DNA of 64,000 nucleotides from Treponema sp. (GTDB taxonomy: Bacteria; Spirochaetota; Spirochaetia; Treponematales; Treponemataceae). Numbering within the stretch: position 1 is the first letter of the stretch; each line of letters starts with the position of its first letter. Below, in pieces: positions 19,816 to 27,890 of this stretch. Position numbers and translations under genes: made by a program. The stretch is from NCBI GenBank assembly GCA_045123335.1, contig JBGVIP010000028.1, positions 310-64,309 of the forward strand, given 5' to 3'. The notes under the pieces are model-generated. The model was given only the letters and a program-made list of their open reading frames with translations, was not told the DNA's origin and did not search any database.

Positions 19816-19826
19816 ATATAAGGGAA

Positions 19827-20852
19827 ATGGGGAAAATGGATCGGGAGCCAGAGCTTTTCGATGAATACAATTATTCATCACTTGCAAGAGATACTGAAAT
19901 CAAATTTCAGACTCAAAAAGTAATTAACCAAAAATATGTAATTCAGCCGAACAACATCACAAAAGCAATCTATGACATGAACTTAGGTTCTAAGCGAATT
20001 GTCATGATGGCATGCTCTCTTCTGCTTGAAAGAGATAATACTGATAATCTTACGGCAAAAAAAGACCTTACTGTAAAATTCCGTCTTGAAGATGTAATGA
20101 AGACGCTGAATCTTGCGCATGGCAGCACCACAAAAAAAATGCTGGAAAATGCCATAGAAACAATCTTTGATCAGAAAATCCGCATACGCACGGAAGACGG
20201 CTGGACAAAGCTGTACCACTGGTTTGTGGAATCAAAATATTCGCTTGAAAAAAACGGCATAGAACTTACCTTTACGCCGCAAGTTGCCCAGGCATTTATT
20301 GACTACCTTAAGGGATATTCTGTCATTAATCTTGACGTTTACGGAAACCTTACCGGAAAGTATTCAATCCGAATGTACGAGCTGTGCTGGTCATATCACG
20401 GTTTTGCCTCAAAAAAAGATGGAACCTGGAAAACTCCGCTTGTTGAAGTTTCGGAAATACGCACCATGTGGCAGATTGAAGATTCCAAGTATCCAATGAT
20501 GAGTGACTTTAAAAAACGCGTTTTTGATGTTGCCAAAAAGGAAATCAATGACTACGAAAATTCTCAGTTCACTGTAGAAAAAATTGAAGACGTAAAGCAG
20601 GGAAAGAAAATCATAGGATGGTACTTCCACTGCAAGCTTAAGGGCGAAACAAGGTCAAAGCTTTCTCTTTCCAGTTCGGCTTTAAACCGCGAAGATGACA
20701 GCATTGCGCGCGACCACCAGCAGGAAGTGCTTCAGCTTTTTAAGACACTGATTTCTTCTGAGGAAATTAAGAATTCTGAAAATCGTATTGAACGCGAAAA
20801 TCAGGCGCTGGAAGAAGCCAAGCAGACTATAATAAGCAAATACAGAGAATAG
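19827..20852 (+). CDS. Plasmid-type replication initiator, Rep_3 (RepB/RepE-like winged-helix) family
   Basis: QPNNITKAIYDMNL, KLYHWF..SKY, LTFTPQV and GKYSIRMYEL motifs, then MSDFKKRVFDVAKKEIN and KQGKKIIGWYF, typical of Rep_3 WH1/WH2. Adjacent iterons support the call. Confidence 0.88.
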   Translation: MGKMDREPELFDEYNYSSLARDTEIKFQTQKVINQKYVIQPNNITKAIYDMNLGSKRIVMMACSLLLERDNTDNLTAKKDLTVKFRLEDVMKTLNLAHGSTTKKMLENAIETIFDQKIRIRTEDGWTKLYHWFVESKYSLEKNGIELTFTPQVAQAFIDYLKGYSVINLDVYGNLTGKYSIRMYELCWSYHGFASKKDGTWKTPLVEVSEIRTMWQIEDSKYPMMSDFKKRVFDVAKKEINDYENSQFTVEKIEDVKQGKKIIGWYFHCKLKGETRSKLSLSSSALNREDDSIARDHQQEVLQLFKTLISSEEIKNSENRIERENQALEEAKQTIISKYRE

Positions 20853-20860
20853 TAATTTTG

Positions 20861-20969
20861 GTTAAACTGTGTTTAATATAGTTTAATGTTTGTTAAATTG
20901 TGTTAAACGTGGTTAAACCGAGTTAAATATGATTTAATTAAGTTTAATACGGTTTAATTTCTGTTTAAC
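20861..20969. repeat. Phased GTTWAAY heptad array 1 (parS-like)
   Basis: 11 copies at 20861, 20871, 20881, 20892, 20902, 20912, 20922, 20932, 20942, 20952 and 20963 (10-11 bp period). Confidence 0.8.
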
Positions 20970-21183
20970 TGTAATAAACTTTGTCTACAGGCAGTTTTTC
21001 TTAAAAAAATCAGAAAACAGAAATGCTCCTGAGATTAAAAAAACAGGGGGTAAAATTAAAGATTGATAAATTACCCTAAAATCAAAAGAAAACCGCTCAG
21101 AATCAATCCTAGAGCGTCTGAGAGGGTGTATAAATGCGGTGTTCCATTACCCCTTTTTCTTTTTGAGCGTTTTATCCGGTTTG

Positions 21184-21346
21184 GTTAAACTTTAGTTTAA
21201 TAAATGTTTAACTTTTTGATAAATCTATATAATTTGGTTAAACGAAGGTTAAATACAATTTAACTAAGTTTAATTCAGTTTAATCATTGTTAAAAATGGT
21301 TAAACGTGGTAAAATCAGATTAAATTAAGTTTAATTTTTGTTTAAC
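21184..21346. repeat. Phased GTTWAAY heptad array 2 (parS-like, over the parA promoter region)
   Basis: Copies at 21184, 21195, 21206, 21237, 21248, 21258, 21268, 21278, 21289, 21299, 21309, 21319, 21329 and 21340 (some degenerate). Confidence 0.8.
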
Positions 21347-21391
21347 GCTGCCGATAATGACAGTGTAATTAAAAAATTGTCTGGAGATATT

Positions 21392-22138
21392 ATGAAGACA
21401 TATGCATTTGCAATTCAGAAAGGCGGAACAGGAAAGACAACTGTAAGCGTGTCTGTTGCCGTTGAACTTGCGCGCCGCGGAAAGCGTGTTGTGCTTATAG
21501 ACGGAGACCCTCAGGGAAATGCTTCCAGCTGGCTTTTGGACAGCCTTGACTACGAACTTGCTGACGTTCTTTACGGCAAGGTAAGCCTTAGTCAGGCATA
21601 CACAAAGACAAAAATAGAAAACCTTACTTTCATTCCTACTGCCGGACTTAATGGCGAATTAAGAAGCTATTCAACAAAGATGGGCGAATCAAAGCCTTTT
21701 ATCTTTAAGCACATGCTTCCAGAACTGAGCAAAGACTTTGACTACTGCATCATAGATACTTCGCCGAGCTTTACAGGTCTTGAAAAATCAATCTTCCTTG
21801 CTGCAGATGAAGTAATTGCCGTAATGCAGGTTGACTATTTTTCTACGGACGGACTTCAGATTTTTATGGACAATCTGTCCACAATGAAAAAAGATTTTGA
21901 TTCTGCCGAAAAGCCTGAATTCAAAAAAATCGTAATGAACGTAAAGGATAACCGCATAAAATACCAGGATGACATGATTTCTCAGTTAAAAGCGCTTAAA
22001 AAGTTCGAATTTTTCATGATTCCGGTAGATCAGGGCTTTAAAAAGGCTCAGACAACTCACTATGCAATCCAGGATTTTCCGTCAATTAAGGGCGAAACCC
22101 TTGAAGCAATTACTGAAATTGCAGGGAGTCTTGAATAA
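21392..22138 (+). CDS. parA: ParA/Soj-family partition ATPase (no N-terminal HTH, type Ib-like)
   Basis: Deviant Walker A QKGGTGKT, A' (LIDGDPQGNAS) and Walker B (YCIIDTSP). Real start is ATG 21392 after GGAG. Confidence 0.92.
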   Translation: MKTYAFAIQKGGTGKTTVSVSVAVELARRGKRVVLIDGDPQGNASSWLLDSLDYELADVLYGKVSLSQAYTKTKIENLTFIPTAGLNGELRSYSTKMGESKPFIFKHMLPELSKDFDYCIIDTSPSFTGLEKSIFLAADEVIAVMQVDYFSTDGLQIFMDNLSTMKKDFDSAEKPEFKKIVMNVKDNRIKYQDDMISQLKALKKFEFFMIPVDQGFKKAQTTHYAIQDFPSIKGETLEAITEIAGSLE

Positions 22139-22533
22139 TGGCACTTCAGAAGAAAAAAATTACTTATGATCTTACGGGTCAGATTAATTCCATGAACAGC
22201 ATTGTTGATGGCAATGAACCAGAAGAAGCCGGTGCGGCTGCTGTTCAGGCTTTGCGGGAAGAAAACGGAGTTCAGGCTGCGTCAAAATCTGCTGAATATG
22301 GACAGAATGTCACAAAGCAGACGGAAAAAGCTCCTAAAAAGGCTAATGAAAGCTCTGTAATGGTGGGATTTAAGATTCCAAAGGAAGCAAAGGACCAGTA
22401 CAAGGAATTTTTTGAAGGCTACGGGCTTAATTTGAGCGAAGCAATGAAAAATGCGCTGGAATATTTTGCCTCTGACGTTGAAAAGGGAAAGGTTAAGATT
22501 ACTTTGACCAGACATTTTGAACGGATAGAGTAG
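22138..22533 (+). CDS. Small ParA partner, probable ribbon-helix-helix centromere-binding protein
   Basis: Coupled to parA (TAATG). Low-complexity N-terminal half; C-terminal beta-alpha-alpha pattern SVMVGFKIP-KEAKDQYKEFFEGYG-LNLSEAMKNALEYFA. Confidence 0.7.
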   Translation: MALQKKKITYDLTGQINSMNSIVDGNEPEEAGAAAVQALREENGVQAASKSAEYGQNVTKQTEKAPKKANESSVMVGFKIPKEAKDQYKEFFEGYGLNLSEAMKNALEYFASDVEKGKVKITLTRHFERIE

Positions 22534-22549
22534 AGCGTATTTATCGATT

Positions 22550-22599
22550 GTTTAATACGGTTTAACAGTGGTTTAATATACGTTGAATAATCGTTTAAC
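22550..22599. repeat. Phased GTTWAAY heptad array 3
   Basis: Copies at 22550, 22560, 22571, 22582 (gttgaat) and 22593. Confidence 0.7.
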
Positions 22600-22623
22600 T
22601 TTTGTATAAATTTGCTGTAAAAA

Positions 22624-22659
22624 TGTGACAATTTGTCCTTATATGGACAGGTTGTCACA
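22624..22659. repeat. Inverted pair of iteron motifs downstream of the par operon
   Basis: tgtgacaatttgtcc (22624) -ttatat- ggacaggttgtcaca (22645). Confidence 0.8.
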
Positions 22660-22679
22660 TTTTTTTTATACGGGGTGTT

Positions 22680-22744
22680 GCGGGGTGTCCCCGCTGGAAA
22701 GGGTAGCCCGCAACGGAGTGCGGGCGAGGGGAAGGCTTTCCCCT
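22680..22744. repeat. Three tandem GC-rich mini-hairpins (REP-like element/terminator)
   Basis: gcgggg-tgt-ccccgc; gcccgca-acggag-tgcgggc; agggga-aggctt-tcccct. Confidence 0.6.
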
Positions 22745-22757
22745 ACTGTTGCTTTGT

Positions 22758-24203
22758 CTAAAGGTTGTCTGCAAGTACGTAGTAGCTTGAAGGATCGTGG
22801 GCTTTGGCAAGGCCGCCGCTTACTGCTGCGGAAATAATCTGCTGTGCAAAAGGACTGTATTTTTCTGAACTGCTTATGCCGTTCAAAAGACTTGAGTTTT
22901 CTGCAGATACAATTATTGCAGGAATGCAGCTGAATACAAAGGCTGGGCTTACATATCCCTTTATGTAGTATTTTCCGTCTGAAGAAACAACAGAAAGGTT
23001 TCCGAATTTTGCAATTCCAAGTGTGTTAAGTTCTGCAAGTTTATCGTTGGCAGTCTGTTTGTCTTTCATCAAGAGAGCAAAAAGGTCATCATCCGTGCTG
23101 CCTGTAACGTAAAGTTCGTCGCGAGAAGCTGCGCTTGACTGGAAGCTTTTTACAACTTCCGTATTGTTTGCGCCTGAAGAAACGTATGTTCCTGTAAGGT
23201 CTTCGCGCTGATATGCCAGAAGCAGGTACCATGCGCTGCTTAATTCTGAAGAGTCAGAAATTGAAGCATTGCGTGTAATTCCGTTTCTTGTAAATCCCCA
23301 TGACTGGAGCGGAAGTATTGTAATCATGTCGTCGTCGTTTATAAAGTTGAATATGGTTGTGTAAGTTTCTGCATCTGCCTTATCTGTTGTTGTAAACGGA
23401 CTTGCAAAAGTGTAGGTGAATGTTTTTTCAAATTCTGTTGATTTTTCGTATTTTGCACCAAGTATGTTTGCAATTGCTCCGCCGCGTGAATGTCCTGTAA
23501 GGAAGATGATTTTTTTTGCTGTTCCGGAAACGTTTGCTGTTATGTAATCCTGGATTTTGGCGTCTGCGCGTTCTGCTGCAATAAAAAATCCCTTGTGATA
23601 CTTTTTGTTTGTCCATTCTGCATGCGAGCCTGTTGCGGCTGTGTAGGAAACAGTTGTGTTTCCAATGTCAAAGTTGCTGTACCACTGTTCTTTTGTTGCG
23701 TTTGAACCCTGGACTGTAACCATTATTACTTCGTATTCTGCTGAATCTTTTGTAAAATTTTTGTGGCTGATTACAAAATTTGTTATGTCATCTTTGTCAG
23801 ATGTGTAGACATCGCTGTTCAGTTTGTATTCTGCTGCGTCTGTAAATCCAAAATTTGAATAGATTGAAATATTGTCTGTTGCAGAAGCCGGAGAAGTTCC
23901 TCCGCTTGTTACTACCATTTCTGATGAATCGTATACGTCGGTTGCCATGCAGGCTGCGTATTTTGCATATTCCCGGTTAAATTCTGTTTCGTCTGCAGAA
24001 ACAAGGGATTCCGGAGAAAATTTAAAATCGACCATATAGACAAAACCGGCTTCTTTCATGACTCCTGATGTACGTGATGTAAGGGATGAATAGATTGCGT
24101 TTTTAACTATACCTTCAGCAAATGAATCCTGTTCAACTTCTGTAGAGCAGGAAAAAAGACCTAAAGCCACTGCGGCTAGTACTGATAAATGTAATTTTTT
24201 CAT
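22758..24203 (-). CDS. Lipoprotein with class 3 lipase (alpha/beta hydrolase) domain
   Basis: MKKLHLSVLAAVALGLFS-C lipobox; HKGF, nucleophile TGHSRGG, YTFASP and INDDDMITILP motifs; C-terminal AHDP. Confidence 0.82.
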   Translation of the reverse strand: MKKLHLSVLAAVALGLFSCSTEVEQDSFAEGIVKNAIYSSLTSRTSGVMKEAGFVYMVDFKFSPESLVSADETEFNREYAKYAACMATDVYDSSEMVVTSGGTSPASATDNISIYSNFGFTDAAEYKLNSDVYTSDKDDITNFVISHKNFTKDSAEYEVIMVTVQGSNATKEQWYSNFDIGNTTVSYTAATGSHAEWTNKKYHKGFFIAAERADAKIQDYITANVSGTAKKIIFLTGHSRGGAIANILGAKYEKSTEFEKTFTYTFASPFTTTDKADAETYTTIFNFINDDDMITILPLQSWGFTRNGITRNASISDSSELSSAWYLLLAYQREDLTGTYVSSGANNTEVVKSFQSSAASRDELYVTGSTDDDLFALLMKDKQTANDKLAELNTLGIAKFGNLSVVSSDGKYYIKGYVSPAFVFSCIPAIIVSAENSSLLNGISSSEKYSPFAQQIISAAVSGGLAKAHDPSSYYVLADNL

Positions 24204-24301
24204 AGTAATTATATTTTATGAAAATTTTAAGCAATTGGCAAATTTATAGTTTATAATAAGTTGATTTAAAATGTTTTTTTTTAGTTTTGCTGGAGGTTTT
24301 T

Positions 24302-25081
24302 ATGATTGATTATACAGAGGGATCCGGAAAACAGTATCATACAGGGGTTGGACCCAGGGATATAGGAAAATATGTAATCATGCCGGGTGATCCAAAAAGG
24401 TGCGCAAAGATTGCAGAACATCTTGACGGCGCAAAACTTGTTGCCGATGTTCGCGAATTTGTAACATATACGGGAATGCTTGAGGGCGAAAAGGTCAGTG
24501 TAACTTCTACGGGGATTGGCGGGCCTTCTGCTTCTATTGCGATTGACGAACTTTCTAAATGCGGGGCGCATACTTTTATAAGGATAGGGACGTGCGGAGG
24601 CATGCAGGAAAATGTTCTGGGCGGCGATGTTGTAATTGCAACCGGTGCCGTGCGCATGGAAGGAACCAGCCGGGAATTTGCACCGATTGAATATCCTGCG
24701 GTTCCGGATTTGAATGTTGTAAATGCGCTTGTTGATTCTGCAAGGGAAATGGGCATTCAGCATCATGTTGGGGTAGTGCAGTGCAAGGATTCGTTCTTCG
24801 GGCAGCATGAGCCTGAAATCATGCCGGTAAGCTATGAACTGGAAAACAAGTGGCAGGCATGGATAAGGATGGGCTGTCTTGCTTCTGAAATGGAATCTGC
24901 GGCGCTGTTTATTGCCGGAAGTTTTCTTCGTGTAAGGGTTGGTTCTTGTTTTCTGGTTGTTGCAAACCAGGAACGCGCAAAAAAAGGGCTGGAAAATCGG
25001 CAGGCACATGATACGGAACTTGCAATCAAGGTTGCGGTGGAAGCAATGAGGCGGCTTATAAAAAGCGATAAGAGTAAATAG
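24302..25081 (+). CDS. udp: Uridine phosphorylase
   Basis: [29 protein letters not shown] and EMESAALF motifs. Start at ATG 24302 after GGAGG. Confidence 0.93.
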   Translation: MIDYTEGSGKQYHTGVGPRDIGKYVIMPGDPKRCAKIAEHLDGAKLVADVREFVTYTGMLEGEKVSVTSTGIGGPSASIAIDELSKCGAHTFIRIGTCGGMQENVLGGDVVIATGAVRMEGTSREFAPIEYPAVPDLNVVNALVDSAREMGIQHHVGVVQCKDSFFGQHEPEIMPVSYELENKWQAWIRMGCLASEMESAALFIAGSFLRVRVGSCFLVVANQERAKKGLENRQAHDTELAIKVAVEAMRRLIKSDKSK

Positions 25082-25151
25082 GTTTGCGGCGTGGTGTGAG
25101 CGCAAACCTAAGTATTTTGGTTATTAACAGGATATATTTATAATAAAAAGG

Positions 25152-25191
25152 GCAGGATTGCGGTGAATGACTGTGATTCTGCTTTTTTTTT
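25152..25191 (+). terminator. Intrinsic terminator of udp
   Basis: gcaggattgcggt/actgtgattctgc stem (with G-U pairs) followed by T9. Confidence 0.75.
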
Positions 25192-25208
25192 GATGGATTT
25201 TATTGTGT

Positions 25209-25339
25209 ATAAAAAAACGCAGGCTCCGAACACAACGTATCCAGAGCCTGCGTTGTCCGGTTTTCACGGACATCGGAGAGAGTTTATCAGCTTATTTACA
25301 AGCTGATTAGAATATACCATATGTAATTTTTTATGTCAA
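25209..25339 (-). ncRNA. Candidate orphan small RNA (about 95 nt) with its own promoter and terminator
   Basis: Minus-strand TTGACA(25339-25334)-17-TATATT(25316-25311) with TGn, three hairpins, and an 11-bp terminal stem with a U-tract. Confidence 0.55.
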
Positions 25340-25419
25340 TAAAAAATTAAAAAAAATTTAATTTTTTTTAATTTTTTTTTAGATACAGGAATGTCCGTCT
25401 GTTCGTGCGGCGCGGGTCA

Positions 25420-26406
25420 TTAAGACAGCTTTTTCTGCATCTTTTCCAGTTCTTCCCGGTATGCCTGCTTTAGTTCCGGCGGGTTCAGAATCTGAACGGA
25501 AGAACCGAAGTGCAGTACCCAGAAAAGCGTTTCCTGAAACTGGTTTGATTCAAAGCTTAAGTATACGCTTCCGTCGCCGTTCTGATGGCATTCCTGGTTT
25601 TTATGCCAGGTTCGTTCCAGAATATAGGTATTAACTGATTTGTCAAAAAGAAGTTCTATTTTCTTAAAGTCAGATTCGTTGTTCCAGATTCCAAAGTTAG
25701 GATCGATGTGAACTTTTTTTTCGTAATCTGGGTCGGGTGTAAAATCTGCGCAGAGAACTATGTCTTTCATGCGGGAAAGGTTGTAGGTTGTGTAGCCGTT
25801 GTGCTTATGGCAGAAACCGATTGCATACCAGTCGCCTTTCTGACAGTAAATTTTATACGGATCAAGGGAGTGGGGCGTGTGTTCCGTGCTGTTTATTGAA
25901 CGATAGCCGAAACTTATTGTCTTATGCTGTTTTATTGCTGCAAAAATCTTTGTAAAAACGTCTGATTCTATTGTTGGAAGCGGATCTGAGATGAACTGAA
26001 CGTCGTTTAAAAGCGAACTTTGAACCTGAACCTGGTTTGGTAGCATTTGCGAAATAGTTTTATAAACCTTTGAAATCGTTTCCTTTAAAGGTGTGTTGTC
26101 GTAACGTTCAAGCAGAGGAAGAATTCCTGCCATTGCAACAAGTTCACCTTCGCTTACAAGTACGTTCCGTACAAAAAATGTTTCGTCGGTGTAATAATAG
26201 CCTTTTTTGGCGCGGTCGTATTCAATTGGAGCGTTGTAATAAAGTCTTAATTCATCTATGTCGCGCAGAACTGTGCGTCTTGAAACTTCCAGTTCCTTTA
26301 CAAGGCGGTCAACGTCAGGGTAGTTCATTGTCTGAATTGCTTTTTCAAGCTGCAGAAGCCTGAGGGATTTTACGTGGCTTTCGCGTGTTTTATTTAATTT
26401 TGACAT
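25420..26406 (-). CDS. HTH-WYL-WCX transcriptional regulator (PafC/BrxR-like)
   Basis: N-terminal wHTH (LEVSRRTVLRDIDEL), WYL core (ISFGYRS..LDPYKIYCQKGDWYAIGFCH..YNLSR) and WCX (FGSSVQILNPPELK). Confidence 0.9.
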   Translation of the reverse strand: MSKLNKTRESHVKSLRLLQLEKAIQTMNYPDVDRLVKELEVSRRTVLRDIDELRLYYNAPIEYDRAKKGYYYTDETFFVRNVLVSEGELVAMAGILPLLERYDNTPLKETISKVYKTISQMLPNQVQVQSSLLNDVQFISDPLPTIESDVFTKIFAAIKQHKTISFGYRSINSTEHTPHSLDPYKIYCQKGDWYAIGFCHKHNGYTTYNLSRMKDIVLCADFTPDPDYEKKVHIDPNFGIWNNESDFKKIELLFDKSVNTYILERTWHKNQECHQNGDGSVYLSFESNQFQETLFWVLHFGSSVQILNPPELKQAYREELEKMQKKLS

Positions 26407-26509
26407 ATTTTGATTTTAACACATAAATTTCTGTTTAAGAAGACTTTATAAAAATGAAAGACGGGCAAAAAATCGTTGCAAAATACAGATTCAGGGATAA
26501 AATTATTGT

Positions 26510-27889
26510 ATGGATTTACAGGAGATAGTTGATTCTTATGACATGGCTGCCATAGTCATGTCTGTTGAAGACAAGGGAAACGGTCTGTACGGAGACATTC
26601 GCATTGTAAGGGCGAATGCCGCTTATAGAAAATTACAGCCGGGTGATTATCATGATAACATGCTCTATTCAGAAATGGTTCCGCCGGAACCAAAATTTGA
26701 AGATTTCTGCTATAGATGTGCCGTGAAAAAACAGTATCTTCATTCCTATGTTGAAACAAAATCCCTGAATGTCTGGAGTAATACTTCGTATCTTCCTCTT
26801 TCTAAATCCCTTGATAAGGGAAATCTGCATTATTTTCTTTTTACGATTGAATTTACGGAACATCCTGAATATGAAAAAATGTCGGACGTTTCAATTGATT
26901 CGGCAGCGTTTATTATAAAGACGTGTCTTAAGTTAAGGGGTTCCTTTGATTTCTGTACTTCCATGAACGAAGTTATAAGTGACATTCAGAAAAAAACTGA
27001 TTCGTTCTGCAGCGCCATTATTCTGATTGATTCTGAAAATCAAAAATCTTCGCTTTTGTGCAGTAAATTCAGAAATGACTCTGCTTCGTTTAAGGATTTT
27101 GAAAAAGTTCTGACTAATGAGGTTATAATGTCATGGGAAAAAATGGTGGAAATGCATGACAACATAATGATTAAAGATGAAGCCGACATGCAGAAATATG
27201 AAAAAATAAATCCTGTATGGGTAAAGTCCTTGAGGGCAGGTCATGTTGAGAGCGTTATTCTGGTCCCGTTTGTTCATATGAAAAAAATTATGGGCTATCT
27301 TTTTGTTACCAATTTTAATGTTGAGCGCCTTATAGAAATAAAAGAAATTATTGAACTTACAGCGTTTTTTCTGAATTCTGAGATTGCCTCTAATAACATG
27401 ATGGAAAGACTTGAACTTATGAGCAACATGGATCTGCTTACGGGCTTAAGGAACAGAAATTCCATGAACTATCGGGTTGATCTTTCTGTTAGCGGCGAAA
27501 AAAAGATTGCAGAGCCTTATGGAGTTATTTTTGCAGATCTTAACGGGCTAAAAAGAGCTAATGATACAGGCGGCCATTCGGCTGGAGACGTTCTTTTAAA
27601 GAATGCGGCCGCTCTTTTGCGGGATATTTTTGAGCGGCACGAAGTTTACAGGGCCGGTGGTGACGAGTTTGTTATTATTGTTCCGGAATGCCAGGAAAAA
27701 GAATTTGACAGCCTTGTCTGCGAACTGCGTTCAAAAACCGGTTTTGGCTCTGACATTACGTTTGCGACCGGCTCTTACTGGGATGAAAAGGGTGGAGACG
27801 TAAGGGTTGCAATGCATCTGGCAGATGAAGCAATGTATGCCGACAAAAAACGCTTTTACGAAGCTCATCCCGAATTAAAGAGCAGGTAG
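26510..27889 (+). CDS. Diguanylate cyclase (GAF-like region + GGDEF)
   Basis: DLLTGLRNR, DLNGLKRANDTGGHSAGD and RAGGDEF motifs. Confidence 0.9.
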   Translation: MDLQEIVDSYDMAAIVMSVEDKGNGLYGDIRIVRANAAYRKLQPGDYHDNMLYSEMVPPEPKFEDFCYRCAVKKQYLHSYVETKSLNVWSNTSYLPLSKSLDKGNLHYFLFTIEFTEHPEYEKMSDVSIDSAAFIIKTCLKLRGSFDFCTSMNEVISDIQKKTDSFCSAIILIDSENQKSSLLCSKFRNDSASFKDFEKVLTNEVIMSWEKMVEMHDNIMIKDEADMQKYEKINPVWVKSLRAGHVESVILVPFVHMKKIMGYLFVTNFNVERLIEIKEIIELTAFFLNSEIASNNMMERLELMSNMDLLTGLRNRNSMNYRVDLSVSGEKKIAEPYGVIFADLNGLKRANDTGGHSAGDVLLKNAAALLRDIFERHEVYRAGGDEFVIIVPECQEKEFDSLVCELRSKTGFGSDITFATGSYWDEKGGDVRVAMHLADEAMYADKKRFYEAHPELKSR

Positions 27890-27890
27890 A

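Noticed and set aside
21040-21155. gggtaa...ttaccc and cagaatcaatcctagagcg segment (loosely like 50000-50100) as a dif/res site
   Set aside because: No match to XerC/D or resolvase site architecture, the similarity is too weak, and no recombinase is nearby.
18840-22760. Prophage, ICE or recently integrated plasmid
   Set aside because: No integrase, relaxase, T4SS, phage genes or flanking att-like direct repeats were seen, and strand bias flips across the locus. Not formally excluded without the whole genome.
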